Shown: positions 13,501 to 25,500 of the stretch, one piece after another
How positions within the stretch are numbered: position 1 is the first letter of the stretch
Layout: every line of letters starts with the position of its first letter
From: a virus
Strand: one strand, 5' to 3'
Virus record (IMG/VR): IMGVR_UViG_3300020182_001907
Length of the DNA stretch: 64,000 nucleotides
Notes under the pieces: model-generated
Seen by the model: the letters and a program-made list of their open reading frames with translations, nothing else
Database searches by the model: none
What the model was told of the DNA's origin: nothing
Translations under genes and position numbers: made by a program

Positions 13501-16500
13501 GAGTAATGAAGAAGTAGTATTAACTGAAAGCAGCACTGTAGAAGACGTACAAGCACCTAGGATGGTTGAAGCATTTATAAAGAGCATCGGACCATCTGAC
13601 TTATTGAGTATCACTAGTGTTGATCCTATAGTAGGCGGTTATGTAAACAACCTTACACTAATACCACAGTTGGTTAGTGATACAGTAATTGTTACCGGTT
13701 CCTTCAATGGTAGAATTAACGAAGGTGATGCTATAACTCTGCTTGATAATTTAGGTACTAACTATAGCAGTAATGTTTCAGCAGGCGCCGCTACCTCTTC
13801 AACCGACGGAAAGTTAACATTGTCTGCTGACAATGAAGATGTACTTTTACTTGATCCTTTAGTAACAGCAGCAGGTGCCGGAAATTTATATGTTACGCTT
13901 AATGTCCAGGTCAGTGACTATTTGTATGGAGAGTATACAGCAAACGCATCTACATTAACATTAGAAGACAAGCTAAATTTTGAATTAATCACAGCAATAA
14001 ATGGCAAAAAGTTTGCTGTTGACTCGGTGAGTACGGGCAGTAACACTGTTACATTAACAGACCCTAAAGGAAAGGATAGTAATTTAGCAGATAATTATAT
14101 TTTTACTTCTAATCTAGCTGCTAATTTAGAGACTTCAGGTTACACTGTTACCGTTTACGAACAATATACGCCTCTTAGCGGTAATTATTTTATAGCTGCT
14201 AATGTAACTTACAACAGTTTTGAAATTGAACGTCCTGGTACTGCTCCTAGTACCAATGTTACCGGGGCACTGTTGAATAAATCTAGAATAACAACTAGTG
14301 CACCGCACGAACTATTTCCAGGAGATATTGTTAGGATAAACACTCCAAACGTATCAGGCACTTTTAGCATAGACACGGTTACCGCCAACACAATGGATTT
14401 AGGTGCCCGATGGCTTCCAGGATATGTTAGTGAGTCAGGCAATATTGTTAAAAAAGGAATCAAGATAGAAACAGTTGCACCACATGGCATTAGTTCGTTG
14501 TATGCTAAATCAGATAAACGAATAGCAGTACACTTTGTGTCGCCACTGTACTATAACAAGGTGTACTATGTAGATAGCGTCACACCAACAACATTAATCA
14601 TAAACAATGTGTGGCCCAGAACTGACACTACTCATGTATTCTACGAGGAAAAAGTTGCACAACTAAGTAGTTCTGCACTGTTTGACAAAGAAAATCCTGA
14701 TTATGAAAATGCTACTAATATTATAGAGATAGTAGAGAATCCTCTGCTCAGTGATTATCAAGCAACGTGGGACAGTAATTCGTCAATATTAAGTGACGGT
14801 ATGATTAATTTTTATGGAAATGTTGTTATTATTTCTCCACGTGCACTACCTAGTAATACCAGCGTAAGCACAGGTATAACATTAGTTAGATCAGTAAAAA
14901 GAGAAACTAAATTCCCTGTAGTGACAACACTTGATCATAATAGAATTAATATGAACGGTAGTGAAATAACTGTTGACAGCTATAATAACTTGTCTGGTAT
15001 GAACGAAGCTATTAATAGAGCTATTGCTCTGCGCCGAGCATACACTGACTTAACACAACCTACTAGTGCAGGATTTCGATTAGCATTCAATATGTTAACA
15101 GATCCTTTCACTCCTGTTGCACAAACCAGCTCAGGTAATAAGCTACCAGCAGCATTTATTTCTAATTATGGTCCTTACGTGCGTGATGCAGAGACGATTA
15201 ATCGATTAGGAAACCAAAATGCACAAGCAACTGGCGAATTAAAAATTGCTGACACTGTAGAACAGATATACAATGAAAACTTTAACCAAGGGCCGAAGAT
15301 AGCTGGTCCTACTCAAGGATTAAGTTACACTGATGCTATAACAGGAATCAAGTATAACTGGAGCCCAAGTATAAAAGATTACAGAGCAGAATATACTGCT
15401 CAGCAGGAATTAGAAGAACAAAGCATCACTAATACTGTTGAATACCCTGATCCAGAAGGACATATAACAACAATTCAAGGACCTGCAATATCAAGTTGGA
15501 GTTCGGAAGGAATATTATATGAAGTACCTGGTGTATATGGAGATATTGCATATCCTGAGGGTAGTGTGGTAATTTACAATTCGCAATATTGGATTGCGCT
15601 AATAGATATAATGTTGTCAGACAATACTACATTTGGTTCTGACGGCGGTAATCCGTATCAAGATCGTGAATTTCCAGATCAAGACCTAATACGCACTAAT
15701 ATTAATGGCAAATTTGTTTACACTTGGCGAGCAATTAACAATTCAGATGCTATTAAGTCAGCAATAAATGAACAGCTAACTCTTACTACCTTGCCTGGCA
15801 CTGGGACTAGTACAGCAAATATACCAGGAGTAAAACGTAAGAGTTATAACATGCTTGAAAAAACTGATTTAAACGGACTGCTAGTACAACCTAGCTACAA
15901 TGATCCGGTCGGCACAGTCATACCAAGATACAGATTACAGCCCAATCAGTATAAATCATATGCAATTTATCAAGCTGTAAGGAACGACAATAATGACATA
16001 TATTACATAAAACTAGATGAGGTTAGCCCGCCATTAACTCGACATGATTTTTATAGGACTATAAATGCATACAGTAACTTTAGTGGGTACGAAGCAGTAG
16101 ACTTTTATTATACTAATAATATTACATTAAGCAATTACCTGGATGTTAATCAGAGAATAACCTACAACCGTGATCCGTTAAAGATGAAACAGACTGGTTA
16201 TGTGTTAGAAATAGGACCAGCAGAACCTGCATCTTTTATAGGCAAGCAATTGCTCGCAGAACCATTTGCTGTTTCAGGTGGCAACAATACTAATGCAATT
16301 GAAAACTTTAGAAACTTACCATACTTGGAAATAGCGTCATCAGATCAAAATGGTAGTTTAGGTAAAGCAACAATTACGCTAGGCAATGAAAATGACAACG
16401 CAAACGGATATAACAGTTTCTTATTGTGGACGCCGGGACTAACACCAGGTAAGTGGGAGCCTTCACCAGAAGGCCCTGGCCCATTAAATGGATACAACGG

Positions 16501-19500
16501 CGTTCCAGTATCAGCAGGCTTCGGCAAGGGCTATTACAGTGCTGGCGATGGCCACACTGATGCAGGTAACTATCCTGGTTACACAGTAAAATACGATCGT
16601 CCAATTCCTAGATTTGTATATTCTAAAAATTATAAAGTAAGTCCTCCTGTAACTAATAGAGATGACACATTAGAATACATACCTCTAACAAATACTGATT
16701 TAGGTGAGCTTGGATTACGTCCAGATCAGATATATGTAGCATGTTTTTGGACTGAACCTTTCGTTTATACTAATCAACTAGTTGGATATAATAACAATAA
16801 CATTGACAGTTCCGGCAAACCGGCACCAATTTACAGCGATTATGAAGGCACTGTTGTTAGGTTTAAGTATATTAGAATTACAGAGTTACCAGCAAATGCT
16901 ATAACACGTAGATTAATCCCTGATACAGGTTGGGGTGGTAAACCTTGGTCAAATAGAATAGTTGACAATGTAGGTGTGCAATTTACCAACGACAATGAAA
17001 ATCAAATTTGGGATTTATTTAAGCCAGCAGACGTATCAGCAGGTACAACAACAGAAGCATTAACAACAGCTACTGTACAAAACACTGCTGATGCCCCTAC
17101 CGGCGAACAAATTCAAAGTAGCACTGCTCCTGAAACGCAGCCAATATTCGTTCCTACTACAGCTTTAGGACCAGTTATTACAGGCGGTGTGCTTGATGGA
17201 CTTACTGGTCCGTGTGACACTGTGCAACAACCTGGGGATCCTGAGTCAGGCATCGGCGGCGATTGCGATAAAGTTCCTCAGGAATCAGTACAAGCTTTAA
17301 CACTTACTAAAGACGATATGGAGCTGATATCAGATCCTACAATCATCAGTGATTATAATGTATACTATAAAACAGTTAAGATTGCAGGAAGCCGCTCGCC
17401 GTTTACAGTATTTTTTAACTCAGGAGGTAGCTCAATTGCTCTAGGGTTAACACAATCCAAAAATATATACACTCCAACTGAAACAACTGTTCAGGCACAG
17501 TTTGGTGGAGAACAGCCGTTTATTAAAAATAATACAGGTACTAGCAGAGCAGGAAGTCTACAAGGACAAGTGTTCGCATATGGAGACATTAATACTGGCG
17601 TACCTGTTACTAACATTGTTAGTAATGCATTAGGATTAATAACAAACGCACCGTTACCTGGCATACAAACTTACACTGCTGCTGGTAGCGAAGTAACATT
17701 CCCTAGCATAACTGGGTCAGCATTCAATTTGCTATTCCCAGATAACGAAATGGCTGTAAGTGGTATCGGGTTTATCAGAGAAGAACAATTAATTTGTAGT
17801 GTACCTGGACCATATGTGACTGTGTTTGTTGCAACAGATAGTCGCGCTAGCACCGATGACTTCACACTAGTATTAAGTTACCTCAAAGAACTTGTAGTTA
17901 CAGAAGAAGTAGCTCCAATAACTGGTGAGTGCACGGACGACGTTTTAACAAACAGCAGAAACTATTCTGCTGGCGCAACTGTAAGAGCATGGAGCAACAA
18001 TGTAACTCCTCTAAATGGAACGTTTAGTACTATATTTGCAAATTCCAGTGGCAATCCCATATTATACGATTTTTTTAGTAGTATATCTGAATCAGGCTCA
18101 GTAACATCGTTTGTGGATTTTAGATCTAGAGTGGATAATATTTATTGGACAGCAGGAGCAGCCGATTCTCCTTATGCAAATAAAGATACTTATAAAGCAT
18201 TAGAACTGCAAATACCTCTAGGAACTAGAACTGGCTTTACATACGACACAATTGATAACTGGGCCGACACTCCGAACCCAGATGTAGTTAACCTCACTTC
18301 TCATGTGGATAAAACTAATAATTTGCTGGTGTCAGAAAACATAGTTAATGCGTTTAATACTCCTGTTAAAGCAGGAAATACGAATAGTGGTTCTACTATA
18401 GAACTTAAAGGTTATTTTAGAGCACCTAAAACAGGCTGGTATAAATTTGATAATATAACCAATGAAACCGAAAATCTATCTAGGTCGTGGATTTGGGTAA
18501 GTTCGGCAGCTGATCCTTCTAACAGTTTAACACATGTAAACTCCAGGATTTTATGGAAAAGATACGGGGTTGATGATGCTAAACTTCAAATAGATTCTGC
18601 AGGGAATGAAACAGCAGTAGCAGAAGAATATTTTGTAAATGACGGCTACCAATTAACTGGTGACGAAACTCAGGAGCAATATATTAATAGTGTAGCATAC
18701 CACAGAGACAATGCAGCTAGTTCACATACTCATTCACAGACCGGTCAAACTACAGTGATTTTCTTAAAAGAAGGATCATTTTATTTTACTAGAGCATTAG
18801 CTACTAACCACCTAGTAGAAGCAGTGATGCACTTGCAGTATGCGTTTAGTGATGCACCAGAAAACTTGCTCCCTAGTTCAACTAATTTTACTACTGGACG
18901 TTTAGGCTTCTCAGGAAGAACTTGCGCTGCTGATATTCAGGATAATGCACCTCCAGTAGTGCAGGATCCTGCACAACCAATAGATCCAGTGACTAATCCT
19001 GCACCAGTTTATGATTGCTTTGGAACACCTATCGGTCAAAATTTTAACCTTTATCAAACTTCTACAACACTAGCAATTGATGTATCATATGAAGGCGAAT
19101 CAGGGGTATATAGTTATATTGACATTAACGATGGTGCTGTTAACACTTTAGATTTTTATACTAATACAGATCCTAACTTTTCAGGAACAATACCTACGTC
19201 TATTACTACTAGTATTGCAACGTTTTGTACAGCTGATTTAGCTGCTTGCATAACCAATCAGTTAACATCACAGTATGCTGGACAATCATTAAACGACCAA
19301 CAAAAACTTGCAATTATAAATTCATGTAGCAATGTTACACAGGAACCAGAAACACCTATATATCCTGCGGACCAAGGTAACGATCCAGATAATGCTGAAC
19401 AAACACAAGAAATTGTTTTCGAGCCATTAATAGATGATCGCCAAGATGTGCAGAGAGGGTGGACTGGTGGTATTGCAACCTCAGAGCAAGGGCAAACCAG

Positions 19501-22500
19501 AGGTTATGTTTGGGGTAACTATGTAGGATACAGCAAGCCACAGATGACCGGATACAATTTTTATCCTGGCGTGTTTAAGAAAACCACTGTGAAGTTAGTG
19601 CAACCAAGCCAAAATACTTATACCACACAAAATACTATACCAGAAGGTCAAGTAGTTGGTCCTAATAGTCAACGTATATCAGGTGGTGCAATTATATCTT
19701 TAGCTAAACCACTTACAACAACTGTACCAAAGACCCCAACAGTGTTAAAAAGATACGAAGTACAAGATCAGCCATGGGCTGATAATTTAACAAATGTAAA
19801 TTCTTTAACCTATAACCCTCGCAGAATTGGCAGTAGTATTAATGTTAACAACAGTAATTTAACGAATGTTAAACCTAACATTAACAGTAATGATTTAGAT
19901 TATAATGGTCCAGCATTCACAACCCCTGACACGGTTTTGCAGGAAGATCGCAGCGATGTAACTAGAGTTGTAGCAAATCAAACTACGAGCTTACAACCGT
20001 TACAGTTTTCTAAAGTAAACACAGGTATAAGATTTACCAAAGTGCCTGTTATTGATATAACACCGCTAGATATTGATGCTAACGGAAACTACTTGCCAGC
20101 AGGTACTACTGTGCAAGCACAAATTTCTCGACCTACACCTACAGCAAGTATTACCCAAGAAGATTTGCTGGGCACCAAAGAAGGAGAAGAACTTTACATA
20201 AATGGAAGGCGACTTGTTGTTAGAGCTAGAACACTAGAGGATCTTAAAAATCAAATTAACTGCGGTGTGTTCGGATTAGAGGCTGGTATTGTAAACCAGG
20301 CAGGACAACCTACACTAGTTATATCAAGTTGTACTGGACAAGCATGGAGAGTAGCAAATGGCTGCGGTGGCGGAGTATATTCGCAAGTTGGTGACTTCCA
20401 TATTAACAGAGGTTTTGAACAATCTCGAACAGCAGTAAGTAGCTTAACTGATGCTGTTGTTGATACAGGACAGGCAGCCGCTAGCACAGTATATACAAAA
20501 TATACTTATGTTACAGAACAAACTATAGGTGTTGCAGGCGAAATTATACCAGCAAATACCTATGTTAGATTTGGTTTAAATACTGGTACTGGGGAAACAG
20601 GATACACCACAAACCAAACTTATGTTGATGCTGCTGGTGATATAAACCTTGTTGAATTTGAAGGCAACAGCACTGGCACTATTGCCCCTATGCCCAGTAC
20701 AAGCACCACTAGTGAATATCAGACAGCTGGTAGTGGATATAGAATAGGTGACAGACTGAGATTAATTGGCGGTACCCCAATAAATTCTGCAAAAGCTCCT
20801 CTAACTAAAATTTGTATAGACAGTGCAGGATCAGGTTATACCGATGTTACTAAATTGCAAGTAGTAATTAATTCAAATAACGCTACGCCTGGAGTAGGCG
20901 CAGCCGCAATAGTTACTGCACTGGATATTAATGGCGGTATAGCAGAAATAGAAATAGTTAACGGCGGTACTGGGTACGACATAAATAGACCACCACTTGT
21001 AGAAATTATTGATTTAGCTAATCCTAGTGCTGCAACAAGAACTATAGACAGCAGATGGCCAGGCGCATCCGCCGGCGGCAGTTTAAGTGTTAATGGTGGA
21101 GATATTTTAGAAATAGATAATTATAGTAGTTCTATAGACGGCAAAGATTTATATATAGACAAGCGTCATCTCAAAGCTACCGCTCCGTTTACGATAGGAC
21201 AACGACTTTTTGACGGGTTAGTTTCCCCAGTAAATATAAACAGTAATGTGGCATGGATCGATCCGCAAACGCTGGATAATAGTTTTACTGGAAGAGCACA
21301 AATTACATTGACTGGCGTTAGTTCAGGCTCAGCTATATTAGAAAGTATCCGACCAAACAGTTTTGTAGAAATCGCTCATTTTCCGAGAACTGCATTCGAT
21401 AACGTAGCCACAATTACAGCTGGAAGCTTGTCTAAGTTAAGCAGCACAATGACCATACCAGGAAACTATCAGTCAATTATACAGCCAGGAGATGTAATTA
21501 CATTCCTCGATCAAAATGAACAGTTAGAAAAAGAAGATGGTTCGATTAGTTTGCCAGATCCAAGATATATACAGTTACAGATAGATAGTGCAACAGATAA
21601 CGGAGGCAGCACTGACCTCGTATTTACAACCACTGTCGATGCACGATATACTTTCGCAGACGCTACTGTAGGCGGAACTGACAGACCAGTACTTATAGGT
21701 AGAGCAATTGAATCTAAATTCTTTATTCCTCAGCCTACTGACAACAATCCTACTGTTACATATAATAGTGGATTAAGCACACTTACTGTAGTTATAGAAA
21801 GTGACATGTTTAGAACGTTCCCATCATTTAAAAATAGTGGCATGTTTGGCAACGGTTTCTTACCAGATGTTTATACAGGGATTATGCAGCCCGACACTGT
21901 TTATGTTTATTATAAGAAGGCATGGTGGACCGAAACACTGGTTAATCCTCCAGGCGGCGTTCCTGTATTACAAGATATTGTTGATCCTAGTGTGCCTAGA
22001 AATAGTGCAAAATTAAGTGCATTAATGGGAACCAGTGATACATACGGCACTAACTTAAATTTCAATGATAATGCACTGAAAGCTGGATACCAAGGCATGG
22101 CAGGCCCACAGCGTATTGCTAAGTTCATTGTTACTGGTGTAGATAGTTTTGGTGCTATTACTAGTTTAAGGATTATCGACAGAGGAGTATACAAAATATT
22201 CCCAAGTGATTTAACCCGTGGATTACCTTTAGAGTATGATTACGAAATACCAGGAACAAGTAGCGGACAATTATTAAACGGAGTAGCAACAGTACTTCCT
22301 AGCCAACGTGGCACTACATTAGGCGTCAGCGACCCACTGTGGTCTGTGCAATACGGACCAGATCATCCAGAATATAAGGTTGATCCGTACGGCGATACTT
22401 CAAATGAGCGCCATCCAGACTGGTTTAGATATCCTGAATTTTATTTTAATGGTGTGCAATGGGTTCCTTATAAAGGAACTCCAGGAGAGTATGATCCTAG

Positions 22501-25500
22501 CACATGGGTAATTGTTGATACCAGAGATCCTTCTACCAGCCAAGACATTAGTATTAATGATGCGTGGGAAAATTTAACAGCAGAACAAATTGAGAGATTT
22601 TATGTTACTGGACAGTTACTACGTAAAACATATCTTATAGACGACAATGTAGCGAGCACCACATACGGAAAATATATTACACCTAGAACGCTTGCAGGAG
22701 GCTCAGGTGCTAGAGTGTTTTTAACAGCGCAAGAAATACCTGATTGTTCCGAAAAAGGCACTGCTAGAGAAGCATTAGGTTTACCAGAGATTGTTGAGAA
22801 AGTAAATGCTCCGTTATCCTTAGCAAAAAATATCAACGATGCTATTGCGGCTGCAGGATATAATCCAAATACACTAAATGCAAGTGTTACTCCTAACGGT
22901 GATTTGGGGGAGTTTGGTTTAAGCACCAGTTTCCCTGGAATAAGATTAGATTCGTCAACACCTGGTTTCTTAGAGAAATTTGGATTACCCACAGGTGATT
23001 ATAATTTGGGCATGTTGTGTATTGAAAGCACACTCCAAGATCCGAATACAACAGACGAAGAAGCACAGCAAGTAATTAATGAACTGTACCAATCAGGATC
23101 GTATGGTAACCTCAGTACAGACGAGCTAAGTTCTATTACTGGCCGTTCAAGAGAAGATGTTAAAAACGTTGATGTATTAAGTTTTGCTTGTGTTCAGCGT
23201 ATATCTCCTAAAGTACCAGCTGGTGTTAACACTGGGGATCTGTTAAATGATAATAACAGTATATTTCCTGGTAACAACATTATACGTTTAAGAGAATTAT
23301 TTAAGTATACAGTTAGCAACATATTTGGCGAAGATATTAGTTTAAACACGGTTAGCAATAGACAGGACGTTAGCGTTAATGTTTTTGAAAGCAGAAGATA
23401 TAATAATTTTAATACACTACCTGTAAACTTTGAGACTACCGATGCAGCCACTAATGCGGTTAATACAGTATTATACCCTGGTCAACCAGTTATTAACACA
23501 AATGTCCCTTCTACAAACCTACCAGTTGTCGAAAAGCGTTGGATTGACAATTATAACGGCAGTTGGGCTTATTTCGAGAATGGTGTGTTAATCAGGCAGC
23601 AAGAGCCATTAGTTGATTCTCGGTATGTCAGTAGCACATTAATGTACAATGGAACTACTGGCGAGAAATTCTTAGATTTATACCAATGGGATCCGTTTAA
23701 AGGGGTGTTACCTAAATTTATTGCTGACGAAGTTTACTATATTAGCGAAGTAGACCCTGTAGGTTACAGCAGTGCAAGAAGTGTGTTTGGTAGAAATAAT
23801 ATAGGCAAAACTTGGTGGGATACCAGTACAATACGTTATTTTTGGTATGAGCAAGGGTCAGCAGTTGAGCGCCGGAACGCTTGGGGAAGTGCCTTCCCTG
23901 GAAGCAGCATTACAATATGTGAATGGATAGAAAGCGAAGCTTTGCCAGAAAATTGGGCTGGCGATGGAACTCCTCGATTCCTTGATAGATATATCACAGA
24001 AAGACATCAAGATCCTATAACAGGCGAGTTTAAATTGTATTACTATTACTGGGTGCAGAATAGATCAATAATAGATGACAGAATCAAGAGAGATTTAAAC
24101 AGGTCCCTTGATACACGCACTATCGCAAGATACATAGCTAATCCTTACAAGTATGGTATTGAAACTGTTTCGTATATAAGTCCCTCGTCAATGTTAATAG
24201 GTAACACAGGACCTAGCTTAAATAAATTTGAAAATAGATTGCAAATTAATTTTAGTAGAAACCTTAATCCCGACGGCATAGATCACACTGCATGGGAATT
24301 AGCAAGAGAAGGCGACAAGGATAGCGTTATCCCAAATGATTTATCAAACAAGCTTATAGATAGTTTAGCAGCAGAAAACGCAATAGGCCAAGTAGTACCG
24401 TCACCGTTGTTAAGTGATGTAGAACGTTACGGTATAGGTTTCCGACCTCGTCAAACAATGTTTAAAAACATCAAAGAAGCAAGACGAGTTATGGTTAATG
24501 TAATTAATAGACTGCTTAGTGACTTGAGATTAGAAACAGAGTATCCTGAATGGGATTCAACTTTACCATCAGTTAGAACATATATTAAAACTGTTGATTG
24601 GTTTGCTGTTAGAACAGTTGATAACGAAACAAACGAAAATATTAGATTTAATGATTCTTATAAGCCTGTCTACAAAGTTAGCAGTGTAGCAGAATTATAC
24701 AGATTGCAAAATGTTCCAGATGGTAGTATTGCACAAGTAAGTAACGAGCAAAACACTAGTGTTGAATTATGGATTTACATAGGAAACAAGAATAGATACA
24801 AGCAGATTAATATCAAAGACGAAACAATTCAGTTAAGCTCTGCGTTGTACACTGATGATACTAATGCTATTATGAGTAACGAAATACGTTTACTGTTAAC
24901 TACACTAAAAGATAAAGTATTCTTCAACACAAACAAATGGAATGAGTTGTTCTTTGAAATGTTAAAGTATGCATATGTTGAGCAAGGACAGTTGAGCTGG
25001 GCATTTAAAACTTCTTATTTGTTTGTCAAAAAAGAAGAAGAAGACTTAGTTAAATTTACTGGATTTAAGCCTGACAACTTCCAGAAAGTACTTGACTACA
25101 TGAATGAAGTTAAACCATACAATGCTAAGATTCGTGAATACAAAGATGGTAAGCGAGCCCCACTTGATTACATAGGACAAAACAATATCAGCGATTATGA
25201 TAAACCTCCCTTTGTTGATCCGGAAGCCAACAAAATTAGAGTGTTGGACGAAACAATACCAGCAGACCTAGAACTTATGGGAACAAATGCTCGATACGTT
25301 GACTATTGGACAGCCATCACAACTGATAATACTACTCCTATAAGAAAAGGCAAAGTCAATCTTACTTTCGACAGAACAAACTGGTTACCAACATTGTTTG
25401 GATGGGATCCGGCTACTGATACAGAAAGTATAGCTATATCTAAAAATATTGCGTTTTTATCAGTAGCTAATGCAGCAGTTATGGCTGATCCTAGCAGTAA

